The translations under genes were made by a program, and so were the position numbers. The notes under the pieces are model-generated. The model was not told the DNA's origin. It made no database searches and saw nothing but the letters and a program-made list of their open reading frames with translations. A stretch of DNA of 64,000 nucleotides from Proteromonas lacertae. Taxonomy: Eukaryota. The stretch lies in NCBI GenBank assembly GCA_002245135.1, contig NGBS01000879.1:124001-188000 (forward strand), written 5' to 3'. Shown piece after piece: positions 11,532-25,188 of this stretch (its first letter is position 1; each line of letters begins with the position of its first letter).

Positions 11532-13651
11532 ATGATAATAAAAGTGAATAAAAGCATAAGAGAATATGGGTTTTATTTTATTTTTATTTTTATGATAGAT
11601 TATGTCGAAAATTGGTGGAAAGTGGTTTTGGTGATATAGAAGTGAAGATTGGAGATAATCGAATAATGTCAATCAAATCAATTTTAGTGAATGGAAATGA
11701 AACAGTAAAGAAACTGTTGTTAGATCGTGAGTTTGTTGGAGTTTTGGAGTTATATGAAGAAATAGAAGAAATTGGTTATTATGAGATGGAGAAATACTAC
11801 AGTGGTGGTGAATTGGTAATCTGTAAAGAGAGTGTGTGTGAAGTGTTGATGTTTTGTTTATGTTATTGTGAAAAAGAGATAATAAATGATTGTTATGAAT
11901 TTGTGAAGAATAATATAGATGATGAAGTATTAATGAAATTAATTCATATATGTAATGTATTTGGTGGATGTTTGAGAGAGATAGAAGAATTGAAAAATAT
12001 GGAAATAGAAAAGCGAGGATATAAATATTTATATAAGAATGAATATTTGTTGAGATTAGAAATGAATAATTTGATCGAGATATTAAATATGAAAGATGTG
12101 ATAATTCGAAGTGAGAGTTGGTTATTAAATCGCTTATTCGAATGGTATAAATCCAAAAAGAATAAGAAAGATAATGAAGAGATACAAGATGATTTTAAAC
12201 AATTTATAGAAGAAGATATCGATTGTGAAAAGATAAAAGAGAATGAAATAGAAAAAGAGAATAAAGAAATGTTGAAAGAAATGAAAATCCAATTGAAAAA
12301 GAAAGAATCAAATAACTATATCGATTTATATGAGATAAAAGATGAAAATATACAAAATATAGTTGTGAATAATTATGTTGAAGATAATAAAGAAGAAGAA
12401 TTTAGTGAAGAAGAAAAAGAAAATTTAATGAAGATAAAACAGGAAGAATTGGATGATAATATTATCAAGTTAATTGAAATGAATAAAATGAAGATTACAG
12501 AAATAGTATTAATGATAATAAAATACAAAAGAATGAAGATCGAAAGTATAAATGCTAAAAATATATTTTATATAGAATATATCTCAAATATTGATAAGAG
12601 AAATATATTGGATAGATTATGTATGGAATATAATGAGAATAAAAGAAATCGAGCAATGAAATGTTTATGTTTATTCATTGATGATAAAAAGAGTGTTTCA
12701 ATAATAGAAGAAGTGTGTGGAAAAGAAATTCTTTTTAGAATATTGAATGAAGATAATTATTTAAACTCCAAATCGAAAGAATTATTAATAGAATATATAA
12801 AAGAGAATAAATTGAGTTTCGAAGAAGAAGAAGAAATGATAAAAATAATGAAAGATAAAGAATTATTGGAAGAATTAAAAACAAAAGAAATCACATCATT
12901 TTCATATCCTCGATCAGAATATTCATTTGCTATTTATGAAGAAATGTCAATAATTCCTTTATATGATGGAAATCGATGTGAATTTTCGATAAATCCTTCC
13001 TTACCTGATGGTTTAATGATAGATAAAGAAAATGGAATAATTCATGGAAAAGTAGATAAAGAAATCGAAAAGAGAGTATATGAAATAAGTTGTAAAAATA
13101 ATGCAAAGTGAAAATAAATTCAAAATTTCATTAGAATTATTATTAGCCAGATTTATAGATATTGATGATGATGATGTTAATATAGTATCAAATAATGGAA
13201 AATTAATGACTTGTCCATTTGAAGAAGAGGAAATATATTGTTATTTAAATTAAAAAATGGAAAGTGGAATTTATCATATCAAATATAAATGTTATAAAGA
13301 TAGTTATTTGTTTTTAGGTTTAGCAACTAATAATACATATTCTGGTAATTATATTTATGGGCAACCATTTACATGTAATTATGTATGCATTTTATGGTGT
13401 AAAGTCAAGATATTACTCCAAGATGTCATATTGGAACAGTTGTTAATAAAAATCCAAATTTCAATAATCATGGAGATGGTTCAATTTATGAAGTGATTGT
13501 TGATATGAATAAAAGAGAATTTTGGATAAGTCATAATAATTCATCCCCTGTTTTAATTGTTAAAGATTTACCTTCTCCATTATATCCTTATGCTGCATTA
13601 GAATGGAAAATAGCTTCTATTGAATTATTATCAGCCTATCGTCAAGATTAA
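11532..13651 (+). pseudogene. BTB/BACK - Ig-like - SPRY/B30.2-like protein, disrupted in its 3' part
   Basis: ATG 11532 plus 29-nt intron 11570-11598; BTB/BACK-like N-terminus; FSINPSLPDGLMIDKENGIIHG (putative Ig repeat); +1 break at about 13105-13111; in-frame TAA 13251-13253; another frameshift near 13390; SPRY-like tail IYEVIVDMNKREFWISHN...LPSPLYPY ending TAA 13651. Confidence 0.65.
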
Positions 13652-13829
13652 CATATCTATATCTTCATTCAAGTTTATTTGCTATATTATATTGATTTTT
13701 TATTCATCCAATCCATTTGCTTTTGTTGTTTTTTCATTTTTTCAAAATACATTTTTTCAAACATGTTTGTTATTTTTTAAATTTCAAATTGATTTTGTTT
13801 GTCTATGCCTTTCTCAATCAAGATAAAAA

Positions 13830-14127
13830 GTATAAAAATTGTTAAAACTCTATCAAAATAGAGTATTTAATATAAATAATGAAGAATAGATTTGAAGGAG
13901 TTGGTTTTTGGTCTTGGAATATAAAAGAAGAATTTTGTAGGATTTGTCAAAGTCCATTTGATGGTTGTTGTCCAGAATGCAATTCTCCTGGAAGAAATTG
14001 TGGAAATTAGTATATAAAAACAGAAATCTATTGTATGTGATAGAAAGAGGTAGTTGTAAGCATAGTTTCCATGTTCATTTTATAGAAAAAATGGTTATTA
14101 TCTTCCAAAAAATGTCAACCTTGTAGA
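13830..14127 (+). pseudogene. APC11: Degenerate APC11 (RING-H2) copy
   Basis: Reconstructs as FEGVGFWSWNIKEEFCRICQSPFDGCCPECNSPGRNCG/intron/RGSCKHSFHVHFIEK-WLLSSKKCQPCR; two extra-A frameshifts, a lost Zn-ligand Cys (HCI->HFI), no clear start. Confidence 0.75.
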
Positions 14128-14571
14128 TGTTGGTTTATTAATAAATCTCTTTGATATTTCAATAATCCCTTTCTCCTTTTATTTTTTCAAACGATAATTG
14201 ATTGCACTATCATTCTCTTTATATTATTAATTCACATTAAATTATATTTTATTCACATTCATTATTATTATTATATTAAGTAAATATTATATAGATAAAT
14301 GTTTATTAATTAACAAATGTTGATAAATGATTATAATTTTCATATATACTGGATATATATGTAAAAGCTACCATTTAAACTTCATAATCCATTCCTTTAT
14401 ACTCTTTCTGCATTTATAACCACAACTCAATTACATAACTTTATTATAATATCCATATATTGATTATTACATTTCATTTACATCAGAATGATAGGAAAAT
14501 CAATTATGAAAATAGAAACGACTATATTTTCATTATATAAAATAAAACACAAACATTAACACAACAAAACA

Positions 14572-15531
14572 TTAAATAAGTGGATCAAAATCTAATCTTT
14601 TATATCGAGTTTCATCATAGTAATCAATCTCTATTTTATGATTGTCATATCTTCTTTTATTCAAACCATCATAAGCAGCTCGAGCATCGATTTCACTTTC
14701 AAATAAAACAAATATTCGAACTTCATCTTCTTTTCTTATTGCATTTCCATTTTTATGGATTATTACTTTTTTAACTCTTCCAAATTCATTACATTTGTTC
14801 TTTACATCATACTATTATTCATTATATATAATAATATTTTATACTTTTAAATTTAAATCAACTTTATTTAAAGGAACCATATTTCTTATCAATAAAACAC
14901 ACGTAGGAGTAGGAGAAGTATCTTTAGAAATTATTAAATTATTTTCTATTTGATTATTATTATAATTATTTGCAAATATATTTTCAGGTACATCTTTCAT
15001 CATCCAAGCCGGTAATGTCATTTCTCGACCTCGACCTCTTCCATTCATTAATCGACCTTTTGCTTCTCTTGAAAATGGATTTTTCTTTAAACTTTCTATT
15101 GCTTGTTCTTCTTCCAGTTTTTCTTTTCTTCTTCTTTCTTTTTCTCGTTCTTTTTGTTCTTCCATGTATTTACGGTTTTTTTCTTCGCTTATTTCTTTTA
15201 GTATTTCCTCTTTACTGATGTCATATATATTGGGATTTCTAACATCATATTCATCTATTATCACAGGAAAACTATCGTAACATCTATTTGACTCTGGAAG
15301 TACATTCATTTCTTCAGGTTTCATGGTATTGTATGATCCAAATTGAGAATTTATGGGTGTAGGAGCAGAATAAGTTTGATTCAACGATCTTGTTTTTAAT
15401 GAAGTTGGAATAAATGGAGTAATCATTTTGGGTATTTCTGATTCATCTGAATTTAATTTTCTTTTTTGAGAATGTGTATTTAAACTGTCTGAAGAGTTTT
15501 CGAATATATTTGGATTATAATTGTTGGACAT
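14572..15531 (-). CDS. SPF45/RBM17-like splicing factor with C-terminal UHM
   Basis: GRGREMTLPAWM, VLLIRNMV, one intron, then CNEFGRVKKVII..EVRIFVLF..ARAAYDGLNKRRYD..YYDETRY; TAA at 14572. Confidence 0.8.
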
Positions 15532-16206
15532 TACTAAATATATATTGAACTAGATTTATAATATATATAATGATTAAATGGTATATAAAATAAAGAAAAA
15601 TCAAAATTTCGATTGTAACAATAAACAATTAAAAAACAACCGATAAAATGAATCTATTTTATCGATTGTTTTACTCAATTTTTAAAATTTAAACTAAACG
15701 AGGAAATATACTCAAGTCTTTAAAATTTGATGCTAATTCATTCAATAAAAGGAAAATCCATCAATTGTATTTTTAATTTCTACAAAAAGAAAGAATATTA
15801 ATATGAAAGTATTTATTAAGAATGAAACAATTAGTGTTTCTCATTTATTCCAACTTATTATTGTATTTGAAGAGATTAAAGCTGAATCTTGTATAATCTA
15901 TTCTAATGTAGATAAATCAACTTACGAAAAGATGATAAAGCAGAAGGAGTAGATAAGTGCCAATTGGAATCCTTCTTAGAAACATTTTCGTCAATTCAGT
16001 GAATAAATATAGCTGGCGTATTAAATGAAGAGAAGGAAAAAAAACACATACATTCTATTGACATTTGCTTTAATTTTTATAATAGAACTAATGCAATAAA
16101 GTCAATTTTGTTGTTTATGAAAATTTTCGAAAATTGGGTTATCAAAAAAATAATTTGAATGACCATTTTTACAAATATTTTGTTGTTGTGTTTATAAGCA
16201 TTGCTG

Positions 16207-17990
16207 ATGAGTAACACTGAGCTAATTGAATTAACAACAGACGGTGATAATGTTGACAATTTTATTGTTATTGTATAGTCACTGTAAACTTTAATATTGT
16301 TTTAGATCTCAGATATAAGCCGAAACAAAGAAAAAGATTTAATAAATTATGCTATTGTATGCTATGATAAACCTAATAAGTCAATATTATTAAGATACAA
16401 CATTGATAATACCGTTTACAGTAGTCTATATAGTAAAATAAACAACAATGAGAAATTTCTAGACATTAAGACAATTAAGACAATAATAAATAATGTGTTT
16501 ATTGCAGTGAATAAATTATGTGAGAAGGGAAACTATCATGGATGTCTTTGTCCCTCAAATATTTTAATCGATAAAGACAATAATGTGGTGTTAAAGAATT
16601 ACTGTTTATATATGATTGTAAAAAACGAAAGATTAAGAAATGTAATTAAAGAGGAAGAATTTATATATCCTGAATTAAGAAAAGGAGAAAAATTAAGTAA
16701 AAAAAGTGACATATGGTGTTTTGGTAAACTTATAGAATATTTATTAAAACAGAATAAAGGGGAAGAAGAGACAATAGATTTCAAATATTTAAAGAATATA
16801 CAGAATAATTGCTTAAAAAGAGATATTGATAAAAGGATGGAAGTAGAACTGTTGGAAAAATGCTTAAAGCAGGAAAAATATTATTCTTATATATTAAATG
16901 AAAATAATGAATATGAAGAAAAAATTAATGAATTAAAAAGCGATAAAAATGGATTTAATGAATTAGTAAATATTTATTTAAAAAGGGATGTTGACAAAAT
17001 AGATTTCTTTTTTCTAATATTAGGTGTATTAATCTCTTTAGATGAGGAGGAAGAAGTAAAAAGTTATAAAAAGAAATTCTTAGATAATAATTGGTTTCAA
17101 TGGTTAGGTGGAGTAATTGAAGATAGCACAAATTATCATGTTTTATTGAAAAGTGTAAGACATGCAGAAATGAATTGCTTTGTAAGAAGTATCGTTATTA
17201 TTCTTTTTATTGAATAGATTATCCTTTAACAAAATTTGGAACAAGTGAAATTTCTAAATATAGCAAATATTTAGTGAATTTAGAAAAGTTTGAATGTCGA
17301 TCAAATGAAATTGGTGATGAAGGGTTGATTAATTTGTGTAAATGTTTTACTAATTTAAAGAAGTTGAGAAGTTTGGATATCAGTGATAATGGTATAAGTG
17401 ACAAAGGTATATGTGAATTAGTTAATAATTTTGAACATATTACAGGACTAGATACATTAATAATTGATGAATGTAAAATCAATTCTAAAACATTTCAATA
17501 TTTTTGTACTAATTTATGTAAATTAGATAATCTACTAATATTGTCATTGAATGGAATAAAGATAGGCAAAGAAGGTTCAAAAAAATTAAATAAAAGTTTG
17601 ATGTATTTAAATCGTTTAACTAATTTGTCTTTAATGAATTGTGGTTTAAAAGAGAATGTAGTAGAATTAAAAGAAGCATTATCAATGCTTAAGAAATCTG
17701 AATATCGAAAGAATACAACCCCTAGAGTAGATTTAAATAATAATGGAATAGATGATGCATCATTTATAGAAATTTATGAATATTTAATGAAGGAAAAAAA
17801 CACTGATATAAAAATATTAATGAATTACAATCTGATTACTAAGAATGCACTGAAAACATTGAAGAGATATAAGAAACAATATAAAGGTAAATTATATTTA
17901 TTGTCTAACTTCATCAGTTATGATGATTATAGAAAAGTTGATAAAGAGGTAAGAACTTTTGTAGATATTGAAACTAGTTTTGTTTATTAA
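16207..17990 (+). CDS. Pseudokinase fused to RNI-like leucine-rich repeats
   Basis: Degenerate kinase motifs (HGCLCPSNILID, KNYC in place of DFG, YPE, KSDIWCFG); an intron near 17182-17217 joins LRRs (NEIGDEG, LRSLDISDNGISDKG). Confidence 0.7.
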
Positions 17991-18122
17991 TAATATACAT
18001 TTATCAACATTTTTCATCTAAACTGTTTGTTACTTATGTATAATAATAATAAAAAATAACATACCCAACAACAACAAAAACATTTATTTTAATATTATTA
18101 TTATTATTATATGTACTTTTAT

Positions 18123-20113
18123 TTAAGCATCACCAAAATCTCCGAAATTACCAAAGTCAGTTGGCTCATCACTTCCAGCATCACCTCCAAATGTGCCAAA
18201 TGAGCCAAATCCTCCCTCATCTTCTCCACCATCACCAAATGAGGTTGGAGCATCTCCAAATGAACCAAAAGAAGCAGTTTCACCATCTTTCAATGGATCT
18301 GGGAAGTTAAACTCCTCGTCATTTCCTGCACTCTTCTTTAATGGATCAGATATCTATTTATATATACATAAAAATATTAATCATACATCATCAAATCCAG
18401 TATTTTTTCTACCTGTAGTTTCTTCACTCAATATCTTTCTATATAATCTGATTTTCATCTCTTTTATTAACTCATCCATACTTTTATCCCACTTCTTATT
18501 TGCTTCTAAAAATATAGCTGTTTTATTCAAAGTAGTTGGGGGAGATTCAATTGTATCACCATTTTGAGTCATTAAAGCCCCATCAATCAATACAGTACTA
18601 ACGATTTGATATATATGCCCCAACAATGGAATGGATGTCTTTGGTAATGAACCAGCAGTTGGATAAACTCTTGATAGATTCTCTTGATGTAATTTAATAG
18701 AGTTTTCTACGAAGTCAGTTTCTGTTACTAAATCAATAATGAATGTATCATGTAAAATCTCAATTCCTTTACAGAAGAATAAAGCTAATTGATGATGGAA
18801 TAATGAGTTATAGTTATAATAAAAGAAGGAATCAACTATTGGTTTTAATATCTTCTTCTTATGTATATCATTGTATATTCCTTCATCTCCTAATAAACCT
18901 ATGTTTCCAAAGAGATATCCTAATTGTAATAACACTCTGTCTGTTTTAGGAGCTTTGAATTGATTTAAGGCAGGCAATTTATTCATTTCTTTGTTTCTTA
19001 TTTCAAATAATGGCTTGAAATCTTCAATATGTTGTCCTAAAAACTATTTCAAATATATATATGAATATATATATAATATACTCCAATAATAACAGTAACT
19101 AATTCAGTAGGAATGATACCTTGGTGCATTCTTTCTTCCAATGTCATTTTCGGTAAATAATATAATGCTTCCTCACCTCCATAACCAATCAAATCATCAG
19201 GTTGAATTCTCATCAACATTCTACTAAATATAGCAATACCTGAAGCTATTTGGAATTTATTTTTATTCTTTTTATCTGCTATGATTTTTAATATTCTTTC
19301 TAATTTATCAGTTTGACATAATATCTCACCTAATACATGACTACTTGGTATATCAGATTCAGGTAAATGAGTAAAACTTCGTTGAATTAAAGACTTCACA
19401 AATTCAGTATAATTAATATAATAATAATCATCATCTATTTTTGGAACTGTTTCATAAGCTCTTATTATCTGATCTACTGCTTTATAATTGTCATTCCACC
19501 AGTAAGTTGTTTCCTTTGGTTTGTAAGGCAAATCTAACATTATTCTCAAAGCGTCCATTACTTCAAAAGATTCCATATGATTTAAGCAAAAACCTAAGTA
19601 GTTATCACCTTTTAAAAATTCTTTGAATTCTTTTGGAGCTACTCGAACATAGTTTGAGACTAGTTTGGAGAAGTAGCCTGAATATATATCACCTGGGAGT
19701 TTGTCTTGTTTGACATATGACATTAATACTGGTAAACACTCCTTGGAGTTCTTTGCTAAAGCTTTTTCAATATCTTTGACTTTGCTGATTAATACTTCTG
19801 TTGCATTACATGGTACACGATAGATTACTTCTTCTTCTTTTGATTCTGTTGGAGTTAATGCAAGTCTATGGTGAAAATTAGTATATAAAAATATACTTTA
19901 ATATTTCCAACATCATATCTGGCTTGGTAACTGCTTTGATCAATTCTTTGTTGTAAGATCTTAGTTCATTGATAACTTCACTCTCTCTGAGTAATTCGAC
20001 AGGTTCGAATGACTCTTTGCTTAAAATTTCAGTGATTTTGCTAAGATGTGATAAAAATAGGGAAATATATACCTATCTTCATCAGCAAAATCTTCAGTAT
20101 CCCAAATTGACAT
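18123..20113 (-). CDS. PP6 regulatory subunit / SIT4-associated (SAPS) protein
   Basis: Four introns give a continuous frame: ELLRESEVINELRSYNKELI, YSGYFSKLV, FFYYNYNSLFHHQL, LLGHIYQI; acidic FG-rich tail. Confidence 0.8.
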
Positions 20114-20201
20114 TCCGGTAAGATGTCTATAACCAAAGAATTAAAATTGATAATACACAGCGACAAATAAGATAAAATGAAAAAATCAATCTTGAAAGAT
20201 C

Positions 20202-20234
20202 CAAGCCTTTATTCAAGCCAAACCAAATCAAGCC
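20202..20234. promoter_or_regulatory. Cluster of three (T)CAAGCC words in the SAPS/CFAP45 divergent promoter
   Basis: caagcc 20202, tcaagcc 20213 and 20228; the same word recurs upstream of many other genes. Confidence 0.55.
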
Positions 20235-20276
20235 ATAACCGTTTTCGTTTTATTTTTTTAAAATTATAAAACAGCA

Positions 20277-21932
20277 ATGTCATTATATGAAGATAATAGG
20301 TCAGTTGCATCCAATAGATCTAGAGGCTCAACAAGCAAATATAAATTAGTTTCTCACAGATCAGAAGTAGATGAAAGTCTATTTGGCAGTAATAAACCTA
20401 AAGCAACTAAAACTAAAACAAATAATAATGTAGGGATTGTATCAAGTCGAACTCTACAAACAGCAGGTCGAACATTGAGTAGAGGTAGAATGACTGATGC
20501 TATTTTACTTCCAAGATCAGAAATAGAAAGAATAAAACAAGAATCAATAGTAAAAACACAAGATGATATAATTAGAGAAAAGGAAGAACATGAAATGATG
20601 TTAACTAAACAAAATGAAGTATTTAATTATAATTAAATAATATTATTAATTATTGAATAGAAAGCAATAGCCAGAAAAACAATGATGATTCATATGGAAG
20701 AAGAAAGAAAGAAAATTGAAAGACCATCTACAGCAGAACTAGAAAAGAGGGAAAAAGATGCAAAAATATTAGAAAATGCACGTATAAAGAACGAAGAAAG
20801 AATGGATGAAGTAAAAAAACTAAATCAAATGGCAGATTATGCCAAAACCGTCACTATCAGAGAATTACAAATGCAAGATCGTCTAAATAGAGAAAGAAAA
20901 GAACAGGATATAGAACATCAACTAGATTTAGAATTGGAAATACAAAGATTAAAAGAAGTTGATAAATGTGAAGAAGCTGATCGAATAAGAGAAGAAAAGA
21001 ATAGATTAGGTGGTAAAGAATTACGTGCACAGATGGCAGATCGAGAAAGAAGAAGAGAATTAGCAAAACAAAGAGATCATGAAGAAGAAATGAAAGTAGT
21101 AATGAAATATAAACAGGAAGAAATTGATGCTAAAAACAGAGAAATGGAAAAGAGAAGAATTCAAAGAGAAACTTTAATGCAAGTATTAGCTGAAAATAGA
21201 GAGAATGAGAAATTGAAAGCTGAATTAATAGAGAAAGATAGAGAATTAGATAGGAAATTATTACAATATGCATTAGATGAAGCTGAAGCACAACGACAAC
21301 ACGATTTAGAAGAGAAAGCTAAAGCTAGAGCTAGAGAAATGGAAATAGCTAGATTAAGAGCTCAACAGGAGAAATTTATGGATGAAAAAGCTGCTTTAGA
21401 TGAACTTCGAGCCAAACGTGCAATGGAAGCTAAAGAAAGAGAAGAACGAGCAAGAGAAATTAGAGAAGCTGAAAAGAAGGTAAAAGATAGACAAATGTTA
21501 TTAGAAGCCTACGAAGATGAAATAAAGGCCAAACAAGAGAGACAAGCTAAAGAAATACAATTTAGAAGAATAGAATATGAAAATAGTCGACAACAGTATG
21601 ATGATGCAATGAAAGAAGCAGCAGAAGAGAGAAGAATGAGAATTGAAAAAAATCATTATAATTTAAGACAATTACAGGAACAGATGAAAGAAAATGAAGA
21701 AAAGAGAGGCCAGGAGAATTGGGAGAGAATACATGCTGCTGATAATAGTAATGAAGAATATGAAGAACATTTGGCAGAGATTGAAGCTATTAAACAGAGG
21801 AAGATTAAAGAATTAGAAGCTGCTGGTATTGAACCTAAATATTTGGCTGAAATTAAGAAATATGATGCTAGATCGATTTTATTGAAAGATTATCAGAGAG
21901 GTGGTAAAAGGAATGGTTTGTGTGATAGATAA
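20277..21932 (+). CDS. CFAP45: Cilia/flagella-associated protein 45 (CCDC19, TPH coiled coil)
   Basis: N-terminal SEVDESLFG; DEVKKLNQM..AK.VTIRELQ, REMEIARLRAQQEK, DELRAKRA.E, GIEPKYLAE; one intron at about 20619-20660. Confidence 0.85.
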
Positions 21933-22119
21933 ATTATCTTTTTTTGTAATAATTATATATTATATTTAATAATGGATTTGATTGGTTAGTGTAATATCAT
22001 AATAGTATTAATAAACTGTATTAAAAAAGTGTGTTGCTAGAAAATAAAAAAGCTTGATATTAAAGCTTGATTGTGTTTTTATTACTTTTCAAAATACAAC
22101 ACAAATAGTATTTTAATTA

Positions 22120-23106
22120 ATGGACGATAGTAATGAAACATTGCCAAATAATATAAAAAGCACAAAAATAAAAGCGAAATTCCTTTTTGTTGGAACTGGA
22201 ACAAGTGAGGGAATCCCTGTTGTATCGTGTTTAGTAAAAGCAAAAGAAGGTAAAACACCATGTAAAGTTTGCTCTAAAGCAATATTACCAGGGAATAAGA
22301 ATCATCGAAGAAATACAGCTGCTGCTATTATATATGAAGATGAAAATGGTGAACAGAAAGTAATACTAATTGATTGTGGCAAATTATGGTGGGATTCAGT
22401 TTTAGATTTATTTCCTAAACATTCAATAAATACATTAAATGCTGTTTTACTAACTCATCCTCATCATGATGCAGTTGGTGGATTGGATAATTTAAGAGAT
22501 TATAATGAGAATCTACTTCATCATGAAGTTGCTGTTTATTTAGATGAAGAAACACTCACACATATATCTTCAGTATATATTTAATTGCATATTTTTATCT
22601 ATTTTTAGTGTTTTCCTTACTTAGTAAAGAATGTAGATCCTACTATGCATTTACCAAAATTAGAACCTCATATTTTCCAGCATAATAAACCATTTGATGT
22701 AGAAGATTTAACAATAACTGCAATTCCAGTCAATCATGGTTATATTGATTGTAATGCATTTGAAATTGGAGAATTAATCTATATTTCTGATATTAAAATA
22801 ATTAATGAAAAAATCATAGAAATATGTAAGAAGAAAAACATCGTATATATTTCTATATTTCTATATTAGATTATTATTGATTGCTTAACTAAGAATTGTA
22901 ATCATCCTTCTCATGTTGGATTTACTGAATTAATTCCATTTATTTATCAAATGAATGAAAACGACGATACAAGTAAGAAAATATATCTTACTGGTATGGA
23001 ACATTCAATAGAACATGATGATTTTAGTGAATATGTGAAGAAATATTTTTGTAATGTAGAATTAGCTTATGATGGGTTAATTTTTGATTTTTATGCTAGA
23101 ATATAG
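22120..23106 (+). CDS. PhnP-like metallo-beta-lactamase-fold hydrolase
   Basis: FVGTGTSEGIP, CxxC, ILIDCGK, THPHHDAVGGLDNLR, VNHG, YISD, HPSH, GMEH, LAYDGL; two introns. Confidence 0.85.
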
Positions 23107-23598
23107 TTTAATATATGTATTTTTAAATGTATTGTTTTTGTTTAAAAAATATTAACTTCATAACAATAAAGAAAATTACAAATCTATCTGAAAACCATCA
23201 TCTTTACCTTATATCATTCGGCAATCTATTGAATTATATGTGAGAATTAATTCTAATGAAATTTATAGAAGTAATAAACAACAATTTAGAAAAAAAACTA
23301 AGATTGATTTTTGAGAACTAGGATCTCGTCAGTTATTGATGAAACTAAGAGAGATGCTGTCTCAGATAATAATCAAAAGAATTGCAATGTATATATACCT
23401 AAATCACTTAATAACCATCATTCTATCTATTTATACTTCTTATTCCCATCTTATTAACCATCATTTCTTGAAAAATGCAACTTATTTGATCAACAACATT
23501 CTCATTCTCTCATATTTCGAAATGATAAAAACCACATCTCAAACATTCTTCAAACTATAATTCTGCCCTATCATACTACTCTAATTCTACCTCAAATC

Positions 23599-25068
23599 TC
23601 ATTTCAGATTATCTAATATGTTTGCAAATAACAATTCAAATTTATCCAAATCAACCTTCATATTGAAATGACTAAAGCTTTGACACATCAAATTATAATA
23701 ATAATCACCAAACATAACGCTATGGCTATATATAATCAAATGAATCAATTTCTTATAAAAAGCAGCACTCTTCGGTAAGAATTCAATTATTGTACTACCT
23801 TTCCTCATGAAGAACATATTATATAATCCACCTCCATGACTTCCAATCAACACTTTTGCCTTATCCCAAAACTTTATCATCTCATCAACATCATTTTGAT
23901 ACTTTTTAGAATCATAAATAACTAAATGATAACCTGTATTATCCAGTAACTTCCTTATTTTATCCAATAATTCTTCTTCATTTAATATCCTTCTTCCTCT
24001 GTTAAAACTATTCGTATTTCTAGAAATATATACAACCATATTCACATTATTATATATTCCATTTTTATTATTATCGAATAAATAAGGCAATTTAAATAAA
24101 TATTGACTTCTTTGCCATAAATAAGGATGCATTGTTGGACAATAACAAGGAATGATTAATTCTTCAGCATATACAGCCACATGGTCAGTTCCAATCAACC
24201 TCGATGAATCAATACCAATTCTATTATATAACTTCTCCACAATTGGAAATTTCGATCTTTTTAAACCAATATAAAATTTGACATTTTCATCTTTTATATA
24301 ATCTTCAATTTGTACTATCTTTGGTATGACACTATCTAAGAAATGTTGAAATGAATATCCTTCTGGAGTTACTAAATATACCAATTTACCTTTAATATGT
24401 GGTTCTACATCATGATCATTATCTGGTATTGAAATAGTATTACTATATATTCCACAACTAAATCCTCTCTTTATTGCACTGTCTTTGATTATATCTACAT
24501 AACCAATTAAATTCTTTTGTTCGTATATAACTCTGTACAATGTGTCATTTTTACATTTTAATGTTTCACAACAGTTTGGTAAATACTGATATAAATGATT
24601 TGTTAAACTTTTACACATTTCTACATTACATTTCTTTTTGTTTTTTAGACTACTTTTGTAGAATTTTGATTCTACAAATTCTGGTTCTTCATTTATTGGT
24701 GGTGGTAAAACATATGCAGGATATGTATATTTTAGCTTTTTCACAAACTTGGAGGGTAAATTGTCAGTTATTTCTTCTGGTAGTATTCTCAACATAGCAT
24801 CTATTTTTGTGTTGTTCTTTTGTGGTATTTTTGATATTAAATGTTGACTTTCAACTTCATTTCCTTCATTTTTGGCTTTGTTTATTTCCCCATTATTAAT
24901 TGGTTTATTCTCTTTTATTTGTGTATCAAAAACTGTTGGCCTTATTATTTCCTTTGAATCATCTGTATGTATTGTTTTTACTCTAATTTCGAATGATATG
25001 ATGTTTTTCATCATATAGAACTGTGTTAACAACATCATAACAATTATTAACATACAACACTTTTTCAT
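23599..25068 (-). CDS. Type-II membrane glycosyltransferase family 61-like, intronless
   Basis: N-terminal signal anchor; FQHFLDSVIPK, VVYISR, RRILNEEEL, AKVLIGSHGGGLYNMFFM..STIIEF. Confidence 0.8.
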   Translation of the reverse strand: MKKCCMLIIVMMLLTQFYMMKNIISFEIRVKTIHTDDSKEIIRPTVFDTQIKENKPINNGEINKAKNEGNEVESQHLISKIPQKNNTKIDAMLRILPEEITDNLPSKFVKKLKYTYPAYVLPPPINEEPEFVESKFYKSSLKNKKKCNVEMCKSLTNHLYQYLPNCCETLKCKNDTLYRVIYEQKNLIGYVDIIKDSAIKRGFSCGIYSNTISIPDNDHDVEPHIKGKLVYLVTPEGYSFQHFLDSVIPKIVQIEDYIKDENVKFYIGLKRSKFPIVEKLYNRIGIDSSRLIGTDHVAVYAEELIIPCYCPTMHPYLWQRSQYLFKLPYLFDNNKNGIYNNVNMVVYISRNTNSFNRGRRILNEEELLDKIRKLLDNTGYHLVIYDSKKYQNDVDEMIKFWDKAKVLIGSHGGGLYNMFFMRKGSTIIEFLPKSAAFYKKLIHLIIYSHSVMFGDYYYNLMCQSFSHFNMKVDLDKFELLFANILDNLK

Positions 25069-25188
25069 AATTTGTCTCTAATCATCTAAAATTCAGTTTT
25101 ATATTAATTGCCAAGATCTGTTACAAACCCAAAAAAACAAAAATAAAAAAATAGATACAAATAGTAGATTAATATTAATGGTAATATA

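Noticed and set aside
8857..18031. Blastocystis-style stop codons completed by polyadenylation (TGTTTGTT at 8883 and 18024; TGTTTTGTT directly after the SPF45 stop)
   Set aside because: Every gene I could reconstruct ends in a genomic stop codon, so none needs poly(A) to complete it. 3'-end reads would be required to say more.
23599..25068. Recent lateral transfer of the intronless GT61 gene (and the pentapeptide gene)
   Set aside because: Composition matches the host, and absence of introns alone is not evidence. A phylogeny is needed.
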